From NCBI GenBank assembly GCA_009103225.1, contig RHPI01002568.1:137742-201741 (forward strand): DNA of 64,000 nucleotides, written 5' to 3'. The number at the start of each line of letters is the position of its first letter. The stretch's first letter is position 1. The position numbers and the translations under genes were made by a program. Of the stretch, positions 42,801-54,723 are shown in pieces. Below the pieces are notes generated by a model, which saw only the letters and a program-made list of their open reading frames with translations, was not told the origin of the DNA and ran no database searches. The DNA is from Chlorokybus atmophyticus. Lineage: Eukaryota; Plantae; Mesostigma and Chlorokybus algae.

Positions 42801-45800
42801 TGGTGGACTGCAGCTTTAGTGGCGACTTAGGGGACTCGGGCTCGCCTTCATCACCGCTAAGGTAATTGAGGTCTAAGAACAGAGGTCTTTGAGCCGGTTG
42901 AGCCTCTCGTTCAAACTCGTTCGAACGTTTATTTGACTAAAGCAGGTGCACCACTTGCGTGTTGCATAAGTTGTGCATATGCCAGAGTACACGCACGTTT
43001 GCACACAACAAATCCGCGAGCATGCTTATTGAATTGTGATTGTAAAGGTGCCCAACAATTGTGCTCCTTATGATATTGGCATTTTCCCCAACCCATGGAA
43101 GCCCGGTTATAAGCCTGGCGTACCTCTGCTCCAAAAAACGCTTGCGTCGCTGAGAAGCATTCCGACAGGCTACGGCGTGCCCAACAACACGGTGTGCTGT
43201 CCGATGATGGACGGCAGCTCGTGGGCCAACGAGGGCGAGAACCGCTAATGGGAGCCCGCAATTAACGGCGTGTATCACTTCAACCCGTGCCCCGAGGACG
43301 TGTGCTTACGCAGCCATACTTGCCCCAATGTACCCAACGCGCAGGGTGGGGACAAAGTGTACCTCGCCATAACCATCAGGTGCAAGACTTTTGAGAGTTC
43401 TGATGTTGTCTTGCTCTGTTGGTTGCTCTGTTGCGTGTTATGCGTAGTTTTTATTGTGTTGTAACGATTGTTCTGCATTGTACTGTGCTGCAAAAACAAT
43501 GATGTTGTTGCTCTGTTGGTGTCTTATGAAGTACTGTTGTAGTGCTGATCCATGGTCTTTGTGTTGGCAGGGAAGGGGAGACCGTTCCCGACAGCTTGGC
43601 AAGGCGTGTGGAGCAATCAGGTGAAAAGTTGGGTGGGCGATTATGGCTCCACACCGTGTCATGGGGCCCGACTGAGCACACAATGTGGAAGGCGCACTTA
43701 ATGGGCACGCTGTGGTCGATGCGAATCCAACCTTTTCACGAGTGGGCGAAAGCGCATGAGGACCCGGCGCAATCTCATTTGAATGATGTGCGGCGGCAGT
43801 GTGGGAAGAGCTTTGCTTTTGTCATTGATGCCCACCGCGAGTGGTGTCCCGCCGACGTGTTGTCCCACTTGCACGACACCGAACGCTGCGCGCAAACCCA
43901 CTTCCACCCGCGCCCGCACTCGCCCATCGTGATGTGCCACAATCAAGGGTCTTGTTGAGTGTGCGTGTGTGCGCGGTGTAGCGGTGGTGACACGATACTC
44001 GCTGCTTGCTGCACTTGGTTGCGAAATGGCGTGTTTGACCGAAACCGAGAGCTCAAGTATATATGCGCCGGGGTCGGTTGGCGCGTGTGGGCAGTTGTAG
44101 GGTTATGCGTTACGTGGTAGTTTTGTTGGTATATGGGAACGGAATGACGCAGTGTGAAGACGTTATATTATGTGGAGCTGTAGTTACAACTCTACACGTG
44201 GGCGCCTGTCCCATATGCAGCGAACCATCAGAAGCTTGCCCAACACTGGGGGGGTGTAACTATTGGTCTGCAGTATGTCTTATATATCCAGATGTGTCTG
44301 GTGTGGTTGTATAAGATTGCATAAAGCATGCAATGTTATATTATGGCATTCACGGCATATGCAAACAATGCGAAGCCGCATTGCCCCATACATGCTTGCT
44401 ACTATCCATCAAACACCGTTAATATGACCAGATCACAAGCACAACATACAATGCGTCTGTCTAGAACAACCTCACACATGCACATGCCGGAGACGCAGGC
44501 AACCAACCCCACCACCCAACCCCAACTAGCACCTAACCAGCCCAGCACCAGAACTGAACACAGCACAACCTGTGCGGAGGGCACTGCTGACGTCGGCAGT
44601 GCAACGCAACTACGACAAAACCCAGCAAACCCTGTTGCGTCGCTAGCAAAGGGCGAGGAAGGAGGCGGAGCCAGGGAGAGAGGGAGGGGGAGTCCTAGTC
44701 GCCAATGTGCATGCTGTCTGCATGAAAGCGCCAACAACTAACCAACGCCCATGTGGGCAGGTGATTACCAACTGCATATTGACTGCTGCATGTCTAAAGG
44801 TGTAGAGGCAGTAGATTAGCGTGCTAGTAGTAGCCCGGTGGTCAACTAAATGTCATTTGTACGACACCTTGCATGTGTTGCTGCGTGCTGACTGGACTAC
44901 ACGTTGTGCATGCGCAGGCATGTCCTGCATTTGATGTACATCAGCGCTGCAGCTTGCTACTTGCCAGTCACTGCCTTGGTCTCCTACCAATACTGCACAC
45001 CATGCATAGGGTATAAGTCATCTTTTATACATGCATAGGGTATAAACCATATTTCATACATGCACATACGCGCTCACACAAGCTCCACAAACTAGCTAGA
45101 GCCAAGCAAGCAAACGAACAGGCAGTCACAATTAATTGCACCTGGTACTACGCTAAGTGCTTCTAGGTGCAATGCAATAAGTGGGTGGGTGGGTGGTTGA
45201 GGCAGGCAGCAGCGGCAGCAGGGCAACGTACAAATCAACCAACAAAGCAACCAAACTGAGGTGCACAGGTCGGCAACAGTTAGCGTAGTGTGTAGAGGAG
45301 GCAGAAGCAAGCAGTTGGATGTAACGTTGTATGCTGTGTCGTGGTGTGCTCTACGCCCGCCCCCTTCCCCGCCACACTTCAAGCCTCATGGTGCTGTGGT
45401 GGCGGGATGCTAGTCTTATGTGGCGGCCAGCGTGAAGGCTAGTTAGTGCACAATGGGTAGTAGGCATTAGACGTTGGTTGCAACAGTAGGCTCAGCATTG
45501 CAGTGTGAGTATACTGAACCAGTTAGTATTGCGGTGCACATTCCAACATAAGCAGCGGCACCAGCAGCCATAGCACCAATAGCACAGCATAGCATAGCAT
45601 CTCTAGCCCCCCCTGCCATGCAGGACGGCAAAGCAGCACACCCCTCTTGTACAATTGCTTGCCTCTAACCGTGCAACTTGTGTTACTCTAAGTCTTGCCC
45701 ATGTACATGCCTAGGCATAGTGACATTGTAAACACCAATGATAGTAGCGCTGCATGATTTTGCTCTTGTGCTGGAATATTGGACATGATGGACGTAATTG

Positions 45801-46703
45801 TAAACATGCTGCCCATGTGACATACCGCTTGTGCTTTGCGTTGTGAGGTATGGTAGCCTTTTGCTATTGCTTTGCATATGGGCATCTACAGATTAACCTA
45901 TACTACCCCATGGCAGCCCCGGGTTGTGCGTACCAACAAGCAGACATGCAAAACCCCAATGGAATCCTAATGGAAAACCATACAAGACTCTGGAGACTGA
46001 CCAAAGCTATTGCTTGTTAGCTACCTCTCATGTGTGGCGCTGTGCGTTGGACAATGCCTTTCATTTGACGCATGTGTTGCTTAAGGGTGTCACGCCTAAC
46101 ATGCAAGCCATGCCCTCGAGCGGCTATGTTACAACATGATTGTATGGGAGTTCAACTGCTTAGGTTTGTGCAATACCTACGTGGTTCACTCTTGCAGTCA
46201 GTCCGACTGACTATGTATGAGGGCCTTGTGCTAATAAGCCTTGTGCAAGATGAACTGTACAAGGCATTGATAAGCAGCTTACACAGAGTTGGTTAGTCTA
46301 CATGCCATTAACTGGTTGCTGATGAGACATGTGGGGTTGACGAAACATGTGTCACACCAGCATACTGTGTGCGATACAGTAGTTATTGATATGCATGGTT
46401 GAAGTGACATGTGTCACATCTTGTTGGCATATGCCAGTGGCATATGCTAGTACCTCTTGGAGACCTGTATGGCCAAGCGTCTGATTTGTCAGCACAGTGT
46501 GAGTGAAAAGGCGCTGATGGCTTTTCAGCTTACCTGTGGCCAAGTGGGAAGGTAACAGGGAGGATGTCGGGTCGAGGGGAGTCGAGGGTCACGCTGTCTC
46601 GGACAGCTGCATGAACAGCCATGCGGTGCTGGACATGCTGCTGCGCCACCTGTGTAACGCGCAGCAAAAATAGAAAGATGACCGCAACCCTCATGGTGAC
46701 AAG

Positions 46704-48551
46704 CACACCGATTGACGTCAAAGGACCATAAATGGTCCGTACCCTCGAACCGGGATTTTCCCCTGCTAAGTGAATTCCGTGGACCATGTCTGGTCGGACT
46801 GTCATTGACAGTCCGACCATGCATGGTCCAAAACTCACGTGAATGGTCCCATGTTTTTTTGGGGTCGCACCATGTCTGGTCCGGTCGCGTCAGGACCAGG
46901 TACGAGCCAATCAGCGGACCAGGGGCTTAACAAAACCAATTATTTAACAATCATTATTGGTCTGGCCAGCGGACCATCGACCGCAATATTTAGTTATAAA
47001 CATCAGATGTAATGCAAATGACGGAAAAGTGCTCTATCTTGAGCCGGCAGCACCGGCCACGCCCGACCTGCGGGGCCGCAGGCTGCAGCGCACGAGGCCG
47101 CGGCGTCTTAGAAATGATTAGTAAAGAAATCATGCATCCACCGAGAGTCGAACCCAAGACCTTTGGAATACAAACACGACACCCTAACCACTAAGCTACA
47201 TGTGCACGTACCGGTAGGGACGGTGCAGTACTTGCATAATAGACTGTACCGACGGCCGCTTGGCGACTGTCGGCGGCGGAAATTGCACAGGAAGTCGGCG
47301 TTGTGAATTGACAGGCCCACAGCCAGTGCATGCGCTATCAATGTGCATAGGCTGTACCAGTATTAATCCACGGTATCACATTATTTGACGTCATTATTGA
47401 TGACACAGGCAGCCGCAACTCGGCGGCTGCCAAGGTGTGTAAACTACAATGCTTTGTTGGGGGCTGTCCATGAGTATGTAACCTTGTTTTGGGTTGTCAA
47501 TATCTTGGTTGCGTGCGCATACACACACCTACATGTGTACATATGTAAACATTCGTATATAAATACATATACACGTTTACATGATATAATTACGAAACGA
47601 CAAGCATTGCGGCACTATTATAGGTATTTACTGGCTGATTGGACACAATGTTTGGTGGAGGCTGTCAATCATTCTGCGGTCTCATAAGAGGCTATTTTAA
47701 TAAGTGATGTAATTTATGTATACTTCTTAACGTATGTTTACATGAGACATACCTTGTACACGGCTCACCCCATAATACGACTGATATAGCCATTTGCAAT
47801 GCGTATAATATATAGATCCATTTGTGCACACGCTAATATTCATATATCTGTGTTAAATGATACATATTTAATGTTCATATATACGTAGATACTGAGATAA
47901 ACGCATAGAACATGGTAATGGTGCATGTTCACAAATTTTTGCAAATACACGTACGGTGCTATGAAGTATGTTAATTGCATAGACAGCCCCTTACAGCTTA
48001 GTTGACAGCCGGCCGGCTGTCAATCAGCCGCCGACCATTTGCGGCTATCCACTTGCAGCTGTCCACGGTGTATAGCCGACAGTCGGTGCGGCTGTCGGCT
48101 GTACACGCCGTCAATTAACACGTTAAGCGCTCTTGTGCAATCAGGCAGTTAGGCAATCTATTGTACCTTACGTAGGTTGTTGCTACCTACTCATGATAGC
48201 GGCAGGGCCGCGGTCACTGGTCCGTGCTGCACCGTATACAGAGCGGCGCGGACCGTGCGGCACCATGTACGGTGCATGCTGAAGGGGCCACAGAACTGCG
48301 GGACCGCACCTGGTCCGGATTCAAGGGCCAGCGTACAGTACTGGTTCGTGCCGCACCATGGATGGTGCGGCACGGACCATGCGTGGTGCGCGTCGCCGCG
48401 CCAGCCATTCACGGGCCGCGGGGCCCCGAACGGACCAGGAACGGTCCGTCCCCCGCGGACCAGGCAGTCCTGGCCCGCGGGGTACGGACTATGCATGGTC
48501 CGCGGGGTCCGTGAAAGGACCATGCATGGTCCTTCAACGTCAAGCCGTGTG
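46704..48551. mobile_element. Non-autonomous CACTA/EnSpm-like DNA transposon inserted into the B2 repeat
   Basis: TIRs CACACCGATTGACGTCAAAGGACCAT.. / CACACGGCTTGACGTTGAAGGACCAT... A 3-bp TSD, AAG (46701-03 and 48552-54), restores ggtgacAAGtgcttcg as seen intact at ~49385. Many subterminal ggaccatgcatggtcc-type palindromic repeats. Confidence 0.88.
47134..47205 (-). pseudogene. tRNA-derived pseudogene or SINE head with Pol III A and B boxes
   Basis: 72 nt: GCACATGTAGCTTAGTGGTTAGGG...GGTTCGACTCTCGGTGGATGC. The A box (TAGCTTAGTGG) and B box (GGTTCGACTC) are retained; the acceptor and anticodon stems are degenerate. Confidence 0.6.
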
Positions 48552-49252
48552 AAGTGCTTCGTGCAGCTGGTGTGCTGCTGCTGGGTAGTACGGGCAGGTG
48601 GAGTCGGTGTTCTCCCTAGTGTACATGCTGTGCTATAGCACACAAAGTCAACAAGCCACTACTATAGGTAGTGCTGTTTACATAGTTCTTTGCGTGAGTG
48701 GAAGAGAAATTACACTGTTAAGTGAGGTGAATGAGCAAGCAACACGTGGATGCTATGCCCTGTCTGATGCCAACAAGCACACCGCGACCAAGTACACAAA
48801 GCTCACAGCAAGGACAAGCACAGTGCACAAGAACATGCACAGGCTCTCACACGGTGAGGGGATTCTTGGGAACCGGGACGGTGTGTTTCGTAGTTCAAGT
48901 CGCTTCACAAGCTCTTAGCTTTCTCACTTACAGTGTCACCAGCTGATCCGGTGAACACTGTGCCTACTTATACAAGTCAACTCATGACTGTCCAGAACAT
49001 AAGCTAACGGTCATATTGAGGCTATTTCCACAGGAAATCCCCACTCGATATAGAACCCGACTTACAACTGAACTCACAACTGAACAGCTACGCGCGGTGC
49101 CTATGTAGGCTATGGTCATGAGCTACTCTAGAGACATGACCTAGCTACTGGTAAGAGACGCGCGCGGGTTGCCATGCTGGTAAGCCGGGCGAAGGTCTCG
49201 CTGTAGGCATGCCCGATGACGACTGGCATGCTTGGGCGATAGGCATGACAAC

Positions 49253-49496
49253 TGTCGGGTCGAGGGGAGTCGAGGGTCACGCTGTCTCGGACAGCTGCAT
49301 GGACAGCCATGCGGTGCTGGCCATGCTGCTGTGCGACCTGTGTAACGCGCAGAAAAAACAGAAAGATGACCGCAACCCTCATGGTGACAAGTGCTTCGTG
49401 CAGCTGGTGTGCTGCTGCTGGGTAGTACGGGCAGGTGGAGACGGTGTTCTCCCTAGTGTACATGCTGTGCTATAGCACACAAAGTCAACAAGCCAC
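49253..49496 (-). repeat. Internal B1 repeat (~240 bp) directly after the polypurine tract
   Basis: Matches B2. Separated from A2 by two bases (plus-strand AC, 49251-52). Confidence 0.9.
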
Positions 49497-49503
49497 CCCC
49501 CCT
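49496..49503 (-). promoter_or_regulatory. Candidate polypurine tract (AGGGGGGG)
   Basis: G run ~40 nt after the pol stop (49541), immediately before B1. Confidence 0.6.
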
Positions 49504-49540
49504 GGGCTCTGGGGGAGGTTCCAGTTCCAGAGCTCAGCTG

Positions 49541-49720
49541 CTAGCGCAAGTGAGGAGGGCCGTTGGTACGGCAATCGTCGCACCAATACTCCTCCATAGG
49601 TATCGTGTCCAAAGGTGGCTCCAGGCAGTAGCAATGCAGGCCCTTGTTGCCACCGCAGAGCATCATGAGTGCGTCGTCGCCGGCGCTGCCGCAGTGATCA
49701 CAGCGTGTGCTGCGCGCGGG
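49541..49720 (-). pseudogene. PHD finger at the integrase C-terminus
   Basis: CDHCGSAGDDALMMLCGGNKGLHCYCLEPPLDTIPMEEYWCDDC follows the C4-H-C3 PHD pattern with one Cys lost. Confidence 0.85.
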
Positions 49721-49899
49721 ACGAGGGTGCTGGATACGCCCGAAGCCGGCTACGTAAGGAAGGTGACATGGCGCACAGTTCACCATGATGTCCTTCAACC
49801 TCTCTCCGTTTTGACCAAGGAGGTCCAGCACCCCTGTGGGGTACACTTTGAGTACCTTGTAGACGGTGCGGCCTACGGAGGTGTCAAGTGTGTCTTTGG

Positions 49900-50900
49900 T
49901 GGCTGCCATGCGATAGGCAAAGTCCCCCGCTTGGAACCGCCGTTAGCGCTCCTTGTAGAAGCCGCTGCGTACGCGCTCGTAGCGCAGCGTGTCGCGATGC
50001 TGCGCGATGCGCAGGTTGTTGAAGGCCATGGGGACGGTGCGCTTAAAAAGCGCGGCGCGCGTGGTAAGGTCGTGGTGCATTCAGTCAGGGTCGTCGAGGT
50101 TGTTCACGACGCGATCCACCTCCTGCTGCGCATGGAAGGGGAGAAATGGTGGTCGCCCGAACAGCAGGTAGTACGGGCTGTACTCCCGCAGAGCCGCCTG
50201 CTTTGATAATCGATATCCAAGGGCCACCCATGGGAGGTGGTCATCCCAAGTGTTCTTCTCGTTCTCCAGCACGTATTTGCGGAGTGCCTTCTTGATGGTC
50301 TGTACTGTACGCTCGGCGAGGCCGTCGGCTTGAGGGTGATCACGCGAGGTACGGCGGTGGTCGATGTAACATTTGTCCAAGAGGGTGTCGAATTCCCCTC
50401 TGAACTCAGTACCTTGGTCAGTGATGACCTCGGCGCAGCCGCCAAATCGGCTGAGAACGTGAGAGAGGAAGGCTTAAGACACCCCCCTGCTGCTCTTGTC
50501 GGGTAATGGCACCAGCTCCACCCACTTGGAGAAGTGCTCGATCATGACCAGGATGTAACGGTTGCCACGTGCTGAGGGTGCCAAGTCCCCCAAGATGTCG
50601 AGTCCCCATCGGTAAAGGAGACCGCAGATGGGGAGTGAATGCAAGGTGGCGGTACGCGTGTTGAGACTGGCGCGCACCATGTCACACTGCTGGCAGTGGC
50701 TGACGAACCTTTGCACCTGTTTTGTTAATCCATACCACCAATATTGTGACCTCACCAGGCTGACTGTACCCTGGACACCGAAGTGTTCAAGCTCAGTGTG
50801 GAGGGATGTGATGATGCCCTCGCGCGTGATTGGTGTCGGCACTTCCTTGTCTTCGTCGTGGAAGCGGCGATACAGCTTGTCACCTGCCCATCGATAGTGA
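49900..50900 (-). pseudogene. pol: DDE integrase (frameshifted)
   Basis: HHCC motif HTELEHFG..CQQC. Catalytic residues in WGLDIL, ITDQGTEF and DGLAERTVQTIK. Confidence 0.95.
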
Positions 50901-51239
50901 CGGGTGCGTTGGTTGACCCGGTCCTTCTCTCGAGCGCTCATGCCGGAGGGAAGCTGGCCACTTTGAAGAAAGGAGAGTAATGGCTTGTCCTGCCATATGT
51001 CCTGCCTGGTGTCAGTGGGCGCCAGCTCTGTGTCATCAACGTCAATGTCGGCTGCGTGGGCGTCTCCCAAGGGTGTGGTTGCCGCAGGGTCGATAGACTC
51101 AAGGGCAGGAATCTCCTCTACCACTTCTGAGGCCGTGGTGTTGGTCTTGCGCCCTGAGCTCAATGCGGCAGCAGCAAACATGGCTGCCATGGTGGGGGCT
51201 GTTGCTGCAGGGATGAGCTCATGCCGAGCTCCAGTTGCG

Positions 51240-52620
51240 TCGTTGGTGCTGAGGTGAGGGTTGCGACTGAGGCCATCGGCGTCTTGGTTGGTGAGGCCAG
51301 CGCGGTGGTCAATCTCGAAGTCGTATTCCTGCAACAGCAGGGCCCATCGAGCAAGTTTCCCTGTCAGATGTTGGTTTGTCATTAGCCACTTGAGGGGCTG
51401 ATGCTCGGTGATCAGTTGAAACTGTCGACCAAAGAGGAAAGGTCGGAAGAAGGAGATGGCCCACACTGCAGCGAGGCACTCCCCTTCGTAGCTGCTGTAG
51501 TTGGCCTCGGCGCTGTTGTTGCTTCGGCTGGTGTATGACACCACCCACTCCTTCTTGTTCTCATTGTGCTGCACCAGCACCGCTCCCATCCCCAGCTTGC
51601 TCCAGTCGGTGTGAAGGATGAAAGGCTTGGCGTAGTCCGAACGTTGAAGGATGGGAGCGGTGGTGAGCTTGCTCTTCAGCTCCTCAAAGGCCTGCTGTTG
51701 CGGCTCCTTCCACGCGAACTCCACCTCCTTCTTCAGTAGCTCGTTGAGGGGCCTTGCGATCTTCGCGAAGTCCTTCACGAACCGGCGATAGTAGTTGGCA
51801 AGTCCCAAGAAAGCACGGGCGTGTGAGGTCTGTCAGGGCAGGGTTAGCTGCCAGAGCCTCTACTTTTGCCTACTGCACATACACACCATGGGGCACAATC
51901 ATGTGCCTTAAATACGGCACCTTGTGGGTGAAGAAGGTACACTTGTCGGGGTGTACGGTCATCCCCACTCCCTTGAGTCGTTCAGCACCGCTTCGATGTG
52001 CTGAAGATGCTCCTCGTTACTGCGGCTGAAGATGAGGATGTCATCGATGTAGCACCGCGCGCAGTCCAGCCCCTTCAGGGCTTTGTCCATGACGCGTTGA
52101 AACTTGGCGGGGGCATTCTTCAGCCCGAACGGCATTACCTTCCATTGGTACAACTGTCGGTTGCCTCAGAAGGAGGTCTTGTGCTTAATGGCGATTTGGT
52201 TGTAACCTTGACGCATGACCCGGATGTGGGAGACTGTGCAGTCTCCCACATCATCAAAGATACCCTCTGCTGTGGGCATGGGGTACCGGTCTTGCTTGGT
52301 CTTGTTGTTGAGGGGGCGATAGTCGCCACACATGCGTCGCTCTGTCCAGTTGCCTGCTGAATCCTTCTTTAGTGGCATGACGGTTGCTGCTGCGAAGTCC
52401 GATGTGGACTCTTAGATAAGGCCTGCATCAAGCAGCGCCTTACATCTCTGTTCCACCAAGACTTCTTCCAACTTGGAGAGCCTGTATTGTCGTCGGAACA
52501 CCGGCTCAGTGTCCACCAGCTCGATGTCCATCTGGTACACTGAGCATGTACCCAATTCCTTCACATTGAAGCTGAATTGGCTCCTCCATTTGTTGAGGAG
52601 AGCCTCCAGCTTCTCTCGAG
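51240..52620 (-). pseudogene. pol: Reverse transcriptase plus RNase H (frameshifted)
   Basis: RMCGDYRPLNNKT, MPFGLKNAPAKFQR, CYIDDILIFS, GLANYYRRFVKDFA, FILHTDWS, NYSSYEGECLA, DADGLSR. Confidence 0.97.
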
Positions 52621-52839
52621 TGTTTTCTGTGGCCAACGGGCCAATGGCATGGTCCCAGGAGGTTGCATTGGCAACCACAGGAATGTCTTCCACTATCACT
52701 GCTGCTTGCTCCTCCGTGTGGATCACCTCGAGGGCTGTGTGAGCTGCCTTGGTGTCGGCTACGCGATCAGCCCACCCCCCAGCCAAGTGTTCGAGATCCT
52801 CGAAGGACACGTGGCGGTCCTGCAATGCGAAGCTCAGCT

Positions 52840-53800
52840 CCAGCAGCCATACCATGCTGTTGTGGTCCATGGCGCGACCAAGCAGCTGGCATTGCTGACT
52901 GTCTCTCAGCGATGAGCCCGTGATGCTGTTGGGGAAGAATCCCATGGCGCGTTCACATTCGCGTGCGTTGGGTTCTTTCAGCCTGTTGGTGGTCGCATCG
53001 AACACCATCCCGTCACCACCGTTCCGAAATGCGTAGGAGCCCGGGTAGGACACCAATGTGGGGAGTGCGCGACGGGGCTGACCGGGCTGATTGCACGGGT
53101 AGAAGTGGTTGTGGTCATGACGCAGGACAGGTTATGCTGTGCGGCCGGGGTCAAGGATGTCATTGACCAGCAGGTTGCGCGGCCGAGCGCTGCGTGTGTA
53201 TTCGGCGGTCATGAGTTCCTCCACGGTGGCCAAGTTTGTCCATTTGGCACGTACACGATGTGCGCGCGAGCCATGTCGTGCCGCGTTCACCTTGAGTGGG
53301 TGCCCCATAATGGAGCAAACTTGTCGGTAGCCGGAGGCCACGTGCGGACGCTTGTCGTCCTCTGAATGCACATTTTCGATGACGTACCCCAGGGGTCTGA
53401 AGATCTGGTGGTGTTGAAGGAGGTGGATGATTCTCATCAGCTCCAGAACAGCCCGGAGCGAGGGTTTTCGAGGCCTTGCCCCTTGCCTGCCCTGGCGTGC
53501 CCTTGGCATTCCCATCCAGCTATTTACAGGTCGACGTTGCCGAGGGACAGTAGGTGATCTTCAGTGATCAGTCGGATGTCCTGTGGCAATGCTTTGAGGC
53601 TGCCTTGCAGCGCCGAGAGGGGTAATTGACGTGGATACCTGGCGTGCGGTTGGCGTAAGTGGTGTTTGAGGACCGTTTGCGCGTGGGTCTGGGTCGCAGT
53701 AATAGTATTTGACAACCTTCACGCCCGTGTTGAGGACTGCAGCAAGACCGCTGCCAATGCCTCCAAACAGCTCCAACACTGTGATGCCCTGTTGCCTACG
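52840..53800 (-). pseudogene. DNMT3/DRM-like C5 cytosine methyltransferase domain within pol
   Basis: Motif I ITVLELFGGIG (FGGIG at 53753-67), motif IV VDL*IAGWECQG, motif VI YVIENV, motif VIII AHRVRAKWTNL, motif IX EPNARECERAMGF, motif X QLLGRAMD. All in canonical order across ~3 frameshifts and a stop. Confidence 0.9.
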
Positions 53801-54199
53801 AAAGGTGTGGAGTTCCACCACTCCGGTGGCCATATGGTGGTCCTGCACCTTGACGTGGCTTCAGTAGTTGGGGAAGCGCATGGTGATCAGTGGATGGATG
53901 AGCAAGATGTGTGCGTCCACCTGTGCGCGCCAGCGCCGTTCAGCCGGGTCTTGTAATGCTACTTCCACGGTGGCATCTTCCTGCTCCTCGCTGTACGTGG
54001 TGGGAGAGGAGTCGACGGTTCGGCACGGGGCCGCAGCACCAGCAGCGACTTGCGTCCGAGCGCCGTCGTATGTGGCCATTACAGCCTTCCGGGTGCGGGC
54101 GTGGCTGCGTGTGGCCATGGCAGCCATTTCGCGTTGGGCGCGCGTGCGCGAGACCAACTCAAGAGGCAGGAAACCCTGCATCTCTCCGTCATCCTCATC

Positions 54200-54600
54200 C
54201 TAATGTGGATGAAATTACGCTCGCTCTGTCCAGCACTCGAGGCCCATGCCCACACACAGGGAAGTTGAAGTCCTGCCCAAGCAGAAAGTCGAAGGAGCCG
54301 GCATTGGGGACCACACATTGCTGGACGATCTCGGTCATGTGGGTTGGGTCCAGCCTGTCAACCGAATGCAAAAGGCCTCCCTGGTGACTCCCATCACCTT
54401 ATCTCGGCTACCTGTGGCAGTGTCCAACACGTACGGGCAAGGCACCAAGTCGGAGCTGGTTATGCCTAGGGACTGCAAGGAAGCGCCCGATGATGACAGG
54501 CTGTACTCCGGTGTCCAACATTACTCACTTGGGTGCCAGGCCGTTGATGGTAACATGCTTGCCTTGGTTGGCCACCATGGCAGCATTGGCGTCGTTACGC
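54200..54600 (-). pseudogene. pol: Retropepsin aspartic protease
   Basis: VMLDTGVQPVIIG (DTG at 54507-15) and a downstream FDFLLGQDF. An in-frame TGA lies just upstream of the DTG motif. Confidence 0.85.
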
Positions 54601-54723
54601 AGCCTCTTCATACGAGGTGTCTGCACCTCTGACTCAGTTGTTTCAGCTGGAGGTGCTGAGCGCATGGCAGCCAGAGCTCCTCTGCCTGCGGGGTCCGGAG
54701 AACCCCCTCCTTGCCCTCTCCCT

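Larger units (their letters stand above)
46565..49250 (-). repeat. Terminal A2-B2 repeat (~830 bp without the CACTA insertion)
   Basis: 48645-49250 matches 59431-60017 (about 12 substitutions plus an 18-bp indel by manual alignment). 46565-46703 plus 48552-48659 match 49253-49496. Confidence 0.9.

Noticed and set aside
47134-47205. Functional tRNA gene
   Set aside because: The acceptor and anticodon stems do not pair; kept only as a tRNA-derived relic.
49550-50206. 218-aa and other long plus-strand ORFs over pol and gag
   Set aside because: Antisense shadows of GC-rich coding sequence, with no motifs.
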